A program made the translations under genes and the position numbers. The notes under the pieces are model-generated. The model saw nothing but the letters and a program-made list of their open reading frames with translations. It did no database searches and was not told where the DNA came from. A stretch of DNA of 52,842 nt, taken from an uncultured Gammaproteobacteria bacterium. GTDB taxonomy: Bacteria; Patescibacteriota; Microgenomatia; Daviesbacterales; UBA10151. The stretch spans positions 1-52,842 of the forward strand of contig CAYRCR010000005.1 in assembly GCA_964422835.1 (NCBI GenBank), read 5' to 3'. Shown here piece by piece: positions 28,113 to 38,067 of this stretch (position 1 is the stretch's first letter; every line of letters begins with the position of its first letter).

Positions 28113-31049
28113 ATGAGTACAGACTATATCATCATTAAAGGTGCCCGGGAACATAACCTCAAAAATATTGACCTGGAAATTCCCAAGGACAAGCTGGTAG
28201 TTTTAACCGGCATCTCCGGATCAGGAAAATCCTCTTTGGCTTTTGATACTCTCTATGCAGAGGGGCAGAGGCGGTATGTTGAGAGCCTTTCTTCTTATGC
28301 CCGGCAGTTTTTAGGGGTAATGGATAAGCCTGATGTGGATTATATCGAAGGGCTTTCTCCTGCCATTTCCATTGACCAAAAAAGCGCTTCCCATAACCCA
28401 AGGTCAACTGTCGGCACAACTACTGAAATTTATGATTATTTAAGGCTTTTATTTGCCCGGATAGGACATCCTCATTGTCCAATTTGTGGGGAAGAAGTGT
28501 CAAGGATGAGTGTTGAGCAAGTGGCGCAAAGTATAATAGGAGACCCCACTTCGTCCGCCTCTGGCGGGCTCCGCGGGGCAAGAGGCCGCCGGATTATGGT
28601 TTTAGCACCAATCGTGAAGGATAGAAAAGGAGAGTACTCACAACTTTTTGAGGACTTGAAGAAAAAGGGGTATTCCAAAGTCAGAATTGACGGGTATATC
28701 AGGGATTTAACAGAAGATTTAGTTCTAATTAAGACCAACAAGCATACCATTGATGTGGTAATTGACAGACTAGTGCTGAATAAGGATGCCGGACAAACCA
28801 GCATGACAAATATTATTCGTTCAAGGTTGTCACAAAGTATTGAAACAGCACTGAAATTAGGAGAGGGATTTGTGATAATTTCTGATGTTTTAGATACTTC
28901 TTTGGAGTTTCCTGCAACGCCTGCAAAAATGCAGGATCATCTTTATTCGGAAAGGTTTGCCTGTCCCAAGGATAATATTGCCTTGCCTGAAATTGAACCC
29001 CGGACTTTCTCTTTTAACTCTCCGCATGGGGCTTGCCCAAATTGCACAGGACTTGGAGCGCTTCTAAAAGTAGACCCATCTGTTATTTTAAATCCCATTT
29101 TATCTATCGCCGAAGGCGGAATTCTACCCATGAGCAATATTGGGGAATCGGATACTTGGTTTTCAAGACTGATTGAGGCAGTCGGCAAAACTTACCACTT
29201 TGACTTAAAAATAAGATTGGGGGAATTTAGCGATGAAGCCAGGACAGTTCTTTTATATGGAGCCGTCAAGGAGGAATTTAAAGTTGAAGGAAGAAACAGG
29301 GAGGGCAGGTGGACTCATTTTTATACTGATTTTGAGGGAATTATTAATAATCTGGAAAGAAGGTACAAGGAAACCGAATCGGAATATGTCCGGCGCGAAA
29401 TTGAAAAATATATGGTTTCAGAAATTTGCCCTGTTTGTGCCGGGGCCAGATTAAAAAAAGAGGCACTTTCTGTCACAATTAACAGACTCAACATCAGCCA
29501 AATGACTGAATTTTCTATAAAAGATGCACTGGAATGGATAAAAAATCTCAAAAAACCAGTTTTTTCCGATCGTGAGGCGACAATTGCCAGTTCTATTGTA
29601 AAAGAAATCATAGCTAGATTACAGTTTTTAGTAGATGTGGGTCTTGATTACCTGACACTTAACCGGGCTTCGATGACCCTGGCAGGGGGAGAAGCCCAAA
29701 GAATAAGGCTTGCATCGCAAATCGGTTCAGGTCTTTCAGGTGTTTTGTATGTCCTGGACGAGCCTTCAATCGGCCTGCATCAGCGGGATAATCACCGGCT
29801 GATCGAAACACTTAAAAGACTACGTGATCTTGGCAATACTGTTGTAGTGGTTGAACATGACGCGGAGACTATGGAAAACGCCGATTTTATTATTGATTTT
29901 GGTCCCGGGGCAGGAGAACACGGAGGAAAAGTGATGGCGCAAGGCTCACCTGCCCAAATTAAGAAAAACCCGGAATCGCTTACCGGAAAATATCTATCAG
30001 GCAAAAAAACTGTCAACGCTTCGCAAAAATTTATCAAAGCACCAAATAATCTTGGGGTATTGAAGGTATTGGGAGCAGCGGAGCATAATCTAAAAAACAT
30101 TGACGTAGAGTTTCCCTTAGGTCAATTTATAGCCGTAACCGGCGTTTCCGGCTCCGGTAAGTCCACTCTAATCAATGATATTTTATACAAAGCCCTTTCG
30201 TCCAAATTTTTCCACAGCCGTGAAAGAGCAGGGAAGCATCAGGGCTTGGAAGGTGTAGAAAAAATAGACAAGGTAGTGCTTGTTGACCAGTCACCTATCG
30301 GGCGTACCCCAAGGTCCAATCCGGCTACATACACCGGAGCTTTTACTTTCATTAGGGAGCTTTTCGCCAATTCTCCTGAATCTAAAATTAAGGGATATAG
30401 TCCGGGTAGGTTCTCTTTCAATGTTAAGGGGGGTAGGTGTGAAGTGTGCGAAGGAGAGGGACAAATCAAGATTGAAATGCAGTTTCTGCCAGATGTTTAT
30501 GTCACTTGCGAAGCATGCGGAGGCAAAAGGTACAACAGAGAAGCTTTAGACATCCATTTTAAGGATAAAAACATTGCAGAAATTCTGGATATGACAGTCG
30601 AGGAAGCCCTGAAATTTTTTGAGAACATTCCCCAGATTAAAAATAAGCTGGTAATTTTAAATGAGGTTGGGTTGGGCTATATCCGTTTAGGCCAGCCGGC
30701 ACCAACTGTTTCCGGCGGGGAAGCCCAAAGAATTAAACTGGCCACGGAACTTTCCAAAAGGCCAACCGGACATACCCTTTACATCCTGGATGAGCCAACC
30801 ACCGGGCTTCATTTCGCCGATATTGAAAAGCTTTTAACAATACTGCGGAGGTTAGTCAACTATGGCAATACCGTCATCATTATTGAACATAATCTGGATG
30901 TAATTAAAAATACTGATTGGATAATTGATTTAGGGCCGGAAGGCGGGGACGGAGGAGGGAAAATAGTGGCAGAAGGTACACCCAAACAACTTGCCGGAAA
31001 CAAAAATTCAATCACCGGCCACTACTTATCCAAAGTTTTAGTACAATAA
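28113..31049 (+). CDS. uvrA: excinuclease ABC subunit A
   Basis: [10 protein letters not shown], two ABC cassettes ([18 protein letters not shown]), zinc fingers; start at ATG 28113. Confidence 0.98.
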   Translation: MSTDYIIIKGAREHNLKNIDLEIPKDKLVVLTGISGSGKSSLAFDTLYAEGQRRYVESLSSYARQFLGVMDKPDVDYIEGLSPAISIDQKSASHNPRSTVGTTTEIYDYLRLLFARIGHPHCPICGEEVSRMSVEQVAQSIIGDPTSSASGGLRGARGRRIMVLAPIVKDRKGEYSQLFEDLKKKGYSKVRIDGYIRDLTEDLVLIKTNKHTIDVVIDRLVLNKDAGQTSMTNIIRSRLSQSIETALKLGEGFVIISDVLDTSLEFPATPAKMQDHLYSERFACPKDNIALPEIEPRTFSFNSPHGACPNCTGLGALLKVDPSVILNPILSIAEGGILPMSNIGESDTWFSRLIEAVGKTYHFDLKIRLGEFSDEARTVLLYGAVKEEFKVEGRNREGRWTHFYTDFEGIINNLERRYKETESEYVRREIEKYMVSEICPVCAGARLKKEALSVTINRLNISQMTEFSIKDALEWIKNLKKPVFSDREATIASSIVKEIIARLQFLVDVGLDYLTLNRASMTLAGGEAQRIRLASQIGSGLSGVLYVLDEPSIGLHQRDNHRLIETLKRLRDLGNTVVVVEHDAETMENADFIIDFGPGAGEHGGKVMAQGSPAQIKKNPESLTGKYLSGKKTVNASQKFIKAPNNLGVLKVLGAAEHNLKNIDVEFPLGQFIAVTGVSGSGKSTLINDILYKALSSKFFHSRERAGKHQGLEGVEKIDKVVLVDQSPIGRTPRSNPATYTGAFTFIRELFANSPESKIKGYSPGRFSFNVKGGRCEVCEGEGQIKIEMQFLPDVYVTCEACGGKRYNREALDIHFKDKNIAEILDMTVEEALKFFENIPQIKNKLVILNEVGLGYIRLGQPAPTVSGGEAQRIKLATELSKRPTGHTLYILDEPTTGLHFADIEKLLTILRRLVNYGNTVIIIEHNLDVIKNTDWIIDLGPEGGDGGGKIVAEGTPKQLAGNKNSITGHYLSKVLVQ

Positions 31050-31085
31050 TGCAACCTTTGATGCAATGACGCAACCTGATGCTAA

Positions 31086-31104
31086 TGCAACCTTTCAGGT
31101 TGCA
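31086..31104. repeat. REP-like palindrome TGCAACCT-TTC-AGGTTGCA, copy 1
   Basis: Perfect hairpin; partial copies at 31049 and 31071. Confidence 0.85.
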
Positions 31105-31158
31105 AGCTAAAAATTTCAACTATTGATTTTATATTAGCCATATCCTATAATTTTACTC

Positions 31159-31844
31159 ATGAATTATCTCGAAAGAAATGAGTTGATCCTAAAAGAAGTT
31201 GGGGAACAACTTGAAAATGGGATTTTCCGAAGAGGTAGAGTTATTGGTAAAAGCGGCTCCTCAAAATTTACTTCAATTGGTACCTATAATTCCCCAACAA
31301 TTGGTGCAAATGTGCATGTTGGTATCAAGGAATCCCTTAGTCATATAGATTTAGATATTAGAGCAGAGATGGAAATGACAAGAATTGCAGTAATTTCAAA
31401 ACATTCTTCATTTTTAACTGATTTCCTTCCTCAATTTCATGGTTATTTATTGGGTGGAAATAATAAAACAATGATCATAACTGAAGATTTTCTGAAGGAA
31501 GACGTTATCCGATGGAGCAGTGGCCATACAAATGGGCTGAAATGCCCGATTTGGCTGATTTATCAGAAATGAAGAATGGCGCCACTGACTATTTAAGTTT
31601 GATAGCTCCTTGGTTTTATTTAAAAGAAGAATTAATAAAATTAGATCCAACATTAAAAAACGAACCTTACGATTTGACCTCAATGTGCTTTATAGTTCAC
31701 GGCAGATTACGACTTGGTGATTTTGACAAAATGTTTTTTGGCAGGAATATAGAACAGATATTAAGTGCTTTTCCCATAGACTGCACATTTCTTGATTTTT
31801 TGAAATACATAAGGCGAAACAAGTTACAAACCTCCAAAATTTAA
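31159..31844 (+). pseudogene. frameshifted hypothetical protein, possible kinase-like fold
   Basis: ORFs 31159-31572 and 31512-31844 join if one T is added to the T4 run at 31488-31491 (ITEDFSEGRRYPMEQW). Confidence 0.6.
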
Positions 31845-31846
31845 CT

Positions 31847-31866
31847 TGCAACCTTTCAGGTTGAAA
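31847..31866. repeat. REP-like palindrome, copy 2
   Basis: TGCAACCTTTCAGGTTGAAA just past the transposase stop. Confidence 0.85.
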
Positions 31867-31891
31867 CTTGAAACGTAATATTGAAGCGTAA

Positions 31892-32545
31892 TTATTCTTC
31901 AAAATCTATTGCCTGTCGCTTAATAATTCTTAAAGCCTTACTATAACCCACTTGATCTTCAACAAATTTATAATATTTTCCCAATGAAGGAAAAAAATTA
32001 AGAACTTGATTAACTGAAGATATTTTTTCATTACCGGTTAAAAAATCATAATATGAAGACCAATTATAAGAAAATAAATCATTTGTTAGACCTGCTACAA
32101 CTGGATTTAAATGTATGTAGCGGGAAGTGTGCTTAAGCTGTTCATCTGATTCCATCAGTACTGATTTAAATACTCCTTGGAAAAGTGCGCCCACCCGATT
32201 ATATTTGGTATTAAAGTATTTCGTATAACTGTTGAATAGTTGGCTCATAAAAATGGAGATACCATTTTCCTTTACTTGTTTTAACAGAAAATGAATATGA
32301 TTAGGCATTAAACAGTAACATAATATTTGTACTAATTTATTTTCAGGATTAGGTTTAAAAGAATTGAAATCTGATTTAGTAAATTTGGAAAAGCTAATTT
32401 TAGGTCCAGTATATTGATAATAATAAAGTGTTTTTAAAAATCTTTTATAATCCCGGGGTTGAGTAAAAATATCACGCTTTTCACTTCCTCGATTAAAGAG
32501 ATGATAATACTCTCCAATAACTAGTGGCGTAGCTCGTCCAGGCAT
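31892..32545 (-). mobile_element. REP-associated tyrosine (Y1 HUH, IS200-like) transposase
   Basis: YYHLFNRG, CLMPNHIHFLL (HUH), SRYIHLNP (catalytic Tyr), YNWSSY. Confidence 0.9.
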
Positions 32546-32557
32546 ATATTTATACAA

Positions 32558-32578
32558 TGCAACCTTTCAGGTTGAAAG
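32558..32578. repeat. REP-like palindrome, copy 3
   Basis: TGCAACCTTTCAGGTTGAAAG just upstream of the transposase start. Confidence 0.85.
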
Positions 32579-32623
32579 CTAAAATAATAATAACATATAA
32601 AAATAATTTTTGGTACAATAGTA

Positions 32624-34483
32624 TTGATGCAAAAGTTATTTATAGCTTTTCTGCTTTTTTTCGCCGTATTTATACCATCAACTGTTTTTGCTGAAAATGA
32701 ATTTTCCACTACATACGATGCGTCTTTCAATGTCCAAAATGACGGGTCAACAGAGGTTTCAGAGAAAATAACCCTTAAAAATTTAACCAGCAAATATTAT
32801 GCCTCAAATTTTGCCATTACAATCGGCTCAACTGCTGTAAGCGGCGTATCAGCCACAGATGAATCAGGACCAATGGAGGTAAAAGTAGAAACACAAGGCA
32901 ATAATACCCAAATCGGGCTTGCCTTTAACCAGCAAGTTGCCGGCATGGGGAAAACTCAAATATTTACCTTGAAGTATAAATCAGATGATTTTGCAGAAAA
33001 TATTGGCAAGGTCTGGGAGGTAAACTTACCTAAAATACCTGACGGGGGAGAGATCGAAAATTATAACCTGACACTATCAGTACCCGTTTCATTTGGAGAC
33101 CCTACTTCAATCTTCCCCAAACCGAAATCGGAATCTCAAAGTTTCGACCGTTTGTTTTATAAATTTGAAAAAAATCAATTGATTGCAAGCGGAGTTTCTG
33201 TCAGCTTTGGCTCCAATCAAGTTTTTGATTTTACTTTAAAATATCAGATTAACAACGATTCCCTCTTCCCGGTGATAAGTTCTATTGCACTTCCCCCTGA
33301 CACAAATTATCAGGATACAATCATAAGTAAAATTAGCCCGGAACCTATTAATGTAACAATTGATGAGGATGGAAATTATTTGGCCTGGTATAGGTTAAAC
33401 AGGAAAAGCGGGCTGAATATAACCGTAGCAGGTTCTGCCAAAATATACCTTGCTCCAAAGTCAAAAAAATTCTTTGAGTTGACCAACACCCAAAGGCAAG
33501 AGCTTACTAAAAACGACACGTATTGGGAAAAGGATAATCCGGCTATATCTGCCGCTCTTAGTGAAATATTTAAAGAAGGAACGCCTGATAAAACAGCTGA
33601 CAAGGCAAATTTAATATACCGGTACGTTGTATCACGATTAAAATATGACGAGGGGAAGCTAAATGGCAATCTGGAACGGCTTGGTGCTGTGACTGCTTTG
33701 AACAACCCCTCTTCTGCCGTCTGCATGGAATTTACAGATTTATTTATTGCCCTGTCACGCGCCGCCGGAATTCCGGCCCGGGAATTGGACGGGTTTGGCT
33801 ATAGTAGAAATTCAAAGCTGCGGCCTCTGTCGCTCTCCAAAGATCTGCTTCATGCCTGGCCGGAATACTTCGATGAAGACCGGGGTTGGATCATGGTTGA
33901 CCCGACTTGGGAAAATACTTCAGGAGGAGTGGATTACTTTAATAAATTTGATTTAAACCATATAGTTTTTGCCATAAAAGGATTTTCTTCTAAGGAACTG
34001 TTCATCGGCAGCGACACCAATGTGTCAGTTTCAAACAGTGATTTCCTGGGCAAACCGCAACTTGAAGTTTTAGTCGAGCTACCAAATATCCTTTGGTCTC
34101 CCTTACCGCAAAACGGCACCATTAAAATAATCAATCATGGTAATTCTCTGCAGCCGCCTTCAGATTTATCACTCAATACCGAGAAAATAAACATCCTGGG
34201 GCCAACCTCAATAAAACTTGGTGCGATTCCGCCATTCGGCTCATCCTCTTATCCACTTAACCTTCGTACTCCTGACTTTTGGAGGTCTTTTGAGGGCAGG
34301 GTGGAAGTGACTGCAGCAGGCCAAAAGTTTATCAAGAAAGTAGAGGTCAAGCCTTTATTTTCTTTCGTCCCCCTGCCATATATTTTGGGAGGAATTATTT
34401 TAGCATCAGGAAGTGTCTATGGGGGAATTCTTGCTCTTCATATCTACCAAAAACGTCTAAGGAAGCCAAAAATAGTTCAATAG
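32624..34483 (+). CDS. secreted, membrane-anchored transglutaminase-like domain protein
   Basis: Signal peptide; AVCMEFTDLFIALSRAAGIPAR (Cys), LHAWPEY (His), VDPTW (Asp); C-terminal TM. Confidence 0.9.
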   Translation: MMQKLFIAFLLFFAVFIPSTVFAENEFSTTYDASFNVQNDGSTEVSEKITLKNLTSKYYASNFAITIGSTAVSGVSATDESGPMEVKVETQGNNTQIGLAFNQQVAGMGKTQIFTLKYKSDDFAENIGKVWEVNLPKIPDGGEIENYNLTLSVPVSFGDPTSIFPKPKSESQSFDRLFYKFEKNQLIASGVSVSFGSNQVFDFTLKYQINNDSLFPVISSIALPPDTNYQDTIISKISPEPINVTIDEDGNYLAWYRLNRKSGLNITVAGSAKIYLAPKSKKFFELTNTQRQELTKNDTYWEKDNPAISAALSEIFKEGTPDKTADKANLIYRYVVSRLKYDEGKLNGNLERLGAVTALNNPSSAVCMEFTDLFIALSRAAGIPARELDGFGYSRNSKLRPLSLSKDLLHAWPEYFDEDRGWIMVDPTWENTSGGVDYFNKFDLNHIVFAIKGFSSKELFIGSDTNVSVSNSDFLGKPQLEVLVELPNILWSPLPQNGTIKIINHGNSLQPPSDLSLNTEKINILGPTSIKLGAIPPFGSSSYPLNLRTPDFWRSFEGRVEVTAAGQKFIKKVEVKPLFSFVPLPYILGGIILASGSVYGGILALHIYQKRLRKPKIVQ

Positions 34484-35746
34484 ATGCTATTTAAAAAAGA
34501 GCAGGTTCCCCACGGTCCGGGTGTATATATTTTCCAGGATAAAGCCGGGCGGATATTGTATGTGGGAAAGGCAGTAGATCTTAGGACCCGGGTTTCTTCA
34601 TATTTTAGCGGTAAATCTGACAATATCAAGACCGAAGATATGGTGGAAAATATTGCCTCCCTGGAGACAATTAAAGTCTTATCGGAAATTGAGGCCTTAA
34701 TATTGGAAGCCAATCTGATTAAAAAATATCTGCCGCCATATAACATCAAACTGACTGATGATAAAGATTACCTTTATATAAAAATAACTGGCGGGCACTA
34801 CCCTAAAATTATTACCGCCAGAAAAAATGAATTATCTGATGCCAAAAAATATTTCGGGCCATTCCCATCTTCCCGTGTCGTCCGTGATACCCTAAAAAAA
34901 CTCCGCCGAATTTTCCCCTGGTGCAACGGAACAGGGAATAGGGCAAAGGGAATAATGAAAAGTCGTCCGTGTTTTTACTACCACCTAGGACTCTGTCCGG
35001 GTGCTTGTGTCGGCAAAATTTCCCGGCAAGACTACAACAAAATAATCAACAGATTTTCCAGGTTTATGGAGGGTAAAACAGATACCCTTTTACATGAATT
35101 AAAAAGGGAAATGGGGAAATATTCTCAAAAAACAATGTACGAACAAGCCCAAACGATTAAGAAAACAATTGACGGCTTGCAGTATTTGATGCAATCAACT
35201 TCCATAAAAGGTTATCTTGAAAACCCTAATTTTCTGGAAGAGCAAAATAAATTTAGCCTAGAATCCCTGCAAAATGATTTAGGTCTGAATAAAATCTCTG
35301 AAAGAATTGAATGTTTTGACATTTCTAATATCTCCGGTAAAAATGCCACCGGGTCAATGGTAGTATTAACCGCCGGGGAGCTTGATAAAAGTCAGTACCG
35401 CAAATTTAAAATCCAGCTAGCAGGAAAGCCAAATGATGTAGCTATGATGAGGGAAATTATCCGTAGAAGATTTAAACATCAAGAATGGCCTATGCCTGAT
35501 TTGATTATTGTAGATGGCGGCCGTGGCCAAGCAAACGTAGTGAACGATGAACTACGAACTATGAACTATGAACTACCAGTTTTTGGATTGGCCAAAAAAA
35601 TGGAGTGGCTTTACCGTCCGGATGGTAATGTGATCAGATTGCCGCATTCATCATTCGCGCTGCGCCTATTACAAAAGATCAGAGATGAAGCTCATCGTTT
35701 TGCTATAAATTATCACCGCAAGTTGCGTTCAAAAATGCTATATTAA
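34484..35746 (+). CDS. uvrC: excinuclease ABC subunit C (no C-terminal HhH)
   Basis: GIY-YIG PGVYIF..LYVGKA, RIECFDISN, PDLIIVDGGRGQ, IRDEAHRFA. Confidence 0.95.
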   Translation: MLFKKEQVPHGPGVYIFQDKAGRILYVGKAVDLRTRVSSYFSGKSDNIKTEDMVENIASLETIKVLSEIEALILEANLIKKYLPPYNIKLTDDKDYLYIKITGGHYPKIITARKNELSDAKKYFGPFPSSRVVRDTLKKLRRIFPWCNGTGNRAKGIMKSRPCFYYHLGLCPGACVGKISRQDYNKIINRFSRFMEGKTDTLLHELKREMGKYSQKTMYEQAQTIKKTIDGLQYLMQSTSIKGYLENPNFLEEQNKFSLESLQNDLGLNKISERIECFDISNISGKNATGSMVVLTAGELDKSQYRKFKIQLAGKPNDVAMMREIIRRRFKHQEWPMPDLIIVDGGRGQANVVNDELRTMNYELPVFGLAKKMEWLYRPDGNVIRLPHSSFALRLLQKIRDEAHRFAINYHRKLRSKMLY

Positions 35747-35765
35747 TATTGAAGACCTAAAACGG

Positions 35766-36167
35766 ATGAAATCGTTAATAAGAAATTTTTTAATAAACTT
35801 GGGCGCACTCTGGATTGTCACCCAGATTATCCCCGCAATAACTATAACCGGAGGGACAGAGGGGCTTTTTATTGGTGCTTTATCTTTTATGGCAGCCAAT
35901 CTTGTACTCGTACCAATACTCAAGCTTCTGCTTCTGCCTCTTAATTTGCTCACCCTGGGACTTTTTGCCTGGTTTGCCAATGTTTTAGCCCTGTTCTTTT
36001 TGGTCAATGTTGTACCGTATTTTAAATTGTCCCCTTATCATTTCCCGGGAACCCAATACCAGGGGTTTACCATCCCGGCCGCAGATTTAACTGTTTTTCA
36101 GTCGGTGCTTATAGCTTCTTTTATGCTTGGATTTATTATCCACTTTCTTAAATGGCTCTCAAAATGA
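35766..36167 (+). CDS. YvlD/phage-holin-family 4-TM membrane protein
   Basis: PILKLLLLPLNLLTLGLF motif. Confidence 0.8.
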   Translation: MKSLIRNFLINLGALWIVTQIIPAITITGGTEGLFIGALSFMAANLVLVPILKLLLLPLNLLTLGLFAWFANVLALFFLVNVVPYFKLSPYHFPGTQYQGFTIPAADLTVFQSVLIASFMLGFIIHFLKWLSK

Positions 36168-36186
36168 TATACTCTCTTAAGTCACA

Positions 36187-36405
36187 ATGAAAGCAGGTAT
36201 ATTTTCTACACTTCAAATAATTTTCGGAGCCGTGCTTATTGTATTGATTCTCTTGCAGGCAAAAGGAACCGGCCTTGGTTCTGCGTTCGGAGGCGAAATG
36301 GGTTTCTATAAAACTAAAAGGGGTTTTGAAAAACTCCTTTTTCAACTGACAATTGTAATAGCCACTCTTTTTTTACTGGTTAGCTTAATAGGACTTATAG
36401 TGTGA
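36187..36405 (+). CDS. secG: preprotein translocase subunit SecG
   Basis: LIVLILLQAKGTGLGSAFGG...RGFEKLL; two TMs. Confidence 0.9.
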   Translation: MKAGIFSTLQIIFGAVLIVLILLQAKGTGLGSAFGGEMGFYKTKRGFEKLLFQLTIVIATLFLLVSLIGLIV

Positions 36406-37790
36406 AGGAGCTTCAATTTTACGCCCTGATTATTTCCAGGCTTGCCCAAAAGTATCTTCTTAAACAGAAGCTGCTGACACTTACAATTTTGGGATTATTA
36501 GCACTAATCCTGATTGCCAAGCAAGCCAATTTCATTATCATCCGCCCGGCCGTCTCTGAAGGGATAATCGGTATATACACAAACCAGAATTTACCATCGC
36601 CTGTCACAAATTTACTATCAGAAGGGCTGATAACCCTGGACCAAACGGGTAAACCTTTACCAAACCTGGTCTCCGGCTGGCAAGTAAATAATGATGCCAC
36701 AATCTATACTCTTAAATTAAAGGATAATCTTACCTGGAATGATGGCACTCCGGTCAGGTCGTCCGAAATCATATTTCATATTCCAAATGTAAAAACAGAG
36801 CATCCGGACGATAGGACAATTGTCTTTAAATTAGACGATTCATTTAGCCCTTTTCCTTCACTCTTGACACAGCCAATTTTTAAAGGCGATACCCGCATTG
36901 GAGTTGGCAAATATAATATTTTCCAAGCCGAACAATCAAGAAACATTCTCTCCAAGATTACACTCACTCCCAGGGATAATGCCGGGAGGAATTTGCCAAC
37001 TATTTCCATCCGTTTTTACCCCGATGAGAAAGCGGCAAAAACTGCCTTTTCTTTAGGAGAAATTGACAGCCTTATTGGTATTCCGGAAGATAAAAGCCAG
37101 AAAAATGTTTCCCAAAAAAAATTAACCACCAAGGATAAGCTTACTGCCATTTTTTACAACACTAAAGACAAGATCCTCTCTGATAAAAACCTCCGCAAGG
37201 CCCTAAGTTTTGAAACACCCAGCATACCGTCTGAAGAAAAAGCCAAAGGGCCAATACATCTATCTTCATGGGCTTTTAACCCTGACTTACGGGAATACCT
37301 TGACAGCCCGCCTCTAGCGAAAAACTACCTTGAAAAAGCCAATTTGGGAGATAATTCCACAATTACTTTAACCACAACTCCTCAACTGGCTGAACTTGGG
37401 GAAAAAATTATTTCTGCATGGAAAAATCTCGGCATAGATGCAGTGCTTCGGGTGGAAAGCGGTGTACCGCAGAATTTCCAGGCGCTTCTATTTACGGCTA
37501 CTATCCCTGCCGATCCGGACCAATATAGCCTTTGGCATTCAACTCAAAATTCCACAAATATTTCACAATATTCCTCTCCCAGGGCAGACAAAGACCTGGA
37601 AGACGGACGGAAAACTTCCGACCCCGAAAAAAGGAAGGAAAAGTACACTGATTTCCAGAGAGTAATTTTAGAAGATGCACCTGCCACCTTTTTATATTTC
37701 CCCGGGACTAATGTAATTTACCGTACAAGAGTCGAGAAGGATTTAGACCAGGCCCTCAAGCTGCAGTTTCCGGCATCAGAACCTTCTTGA
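36402..37790 (+). CDS. family 5 ABC substrate-binding protein
   Basis: YTLKLKDNLTWNDGTPV, DPDQYSLWHS, FQRVILEDAPATFLY. Confidence 0.85.
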   Translation: MKELQFYALIISRLAQKYLLKQKLLTLTILGLLALILIAKQANFIIIRPAVSEGIIGIYTNQNLPSPVTNLLSEGLITLDQTGKPLPNLVSGWQVNNDATIYTLKLKDNLTWNDGTPVRSSEIIFHIPNVKTEHPDDRTIVFKLDDSFSPFPSLLTQPIFKGDTRIGVGKYNIFQAEQSRNILSKITLTPRDNAGRNLPTISIRFYPDEKAAKTAFSLGEIDSLIGIPEDKSQKNVSQKKLTTKDKLTAIFYNTKDKILSDKNLRKALSFETPSIPSEEKAKGPIHLSSWAFNPDLREYLDSPPLAKNYLEKANLGDNSTITLTTTPQLAELGEKIISAWKNLGIDAVLRVESGVPQNFQALLFTATIPADPDQYSLWHSTQNSTNISQYSSPRADKDLEDGRKTSDPEKRKEKYTDFQRVILEDAPATFLYFPGTNVIYRTRVEKDLDQALKLQFPASEPS

Positions 37791-37986
37791 TTTCGTCAAC
37801 ATTTTGATAGGTTTGCTCCGGCAGTTTTTCATCAAGCCACATCCTGTCTTTCTCCGGAACATCAGCCATATTATTGCAAGCCTCCATAATTTGCTGTTTG
37901 GAAGCAGGGTATTGAATATGTTCGTTAAGATGGGTAATCATCTCCTTCATCTTCTCGGCCATATCCTGCGCAGTTTGTCCATCCAT
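37756..37986 (-). CDS. small DUF2795-like protein
   Basis: GGAGGTG RBS; YPASKQQIMEA...LPEQTYQNVDEI. Confidence 0.6.
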   Translation of the reverse strand: MDGQTAQDMAEKMKEMITHLNEHIQYPASKQQIMEACNNMADVPEKDRMWLDEKLPEQTYQNVDEIKKVLMPETAA

Positions 37987-38067
37987 TTTTAATCACCTCC
38001 TCTTTTTTATATTTTTTCAAACTAATATAAAAAATTGAAGAAAAAAGTGTGAGAACTTGGCAAGAGG

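Noticed and set aside
31049-32584. Palindromic repeats as a CRISPR array
   Set aside because: Spacing is 700-760 bp with whole genes between copies; no cas genes; they flank a Y1 transposase
35766-36167. Holin-family gene as a sign of a prophage
   Set aside because: This 4-TM family is a common chromosomal gene, here between uvrC and secG, with no phage genes nearby
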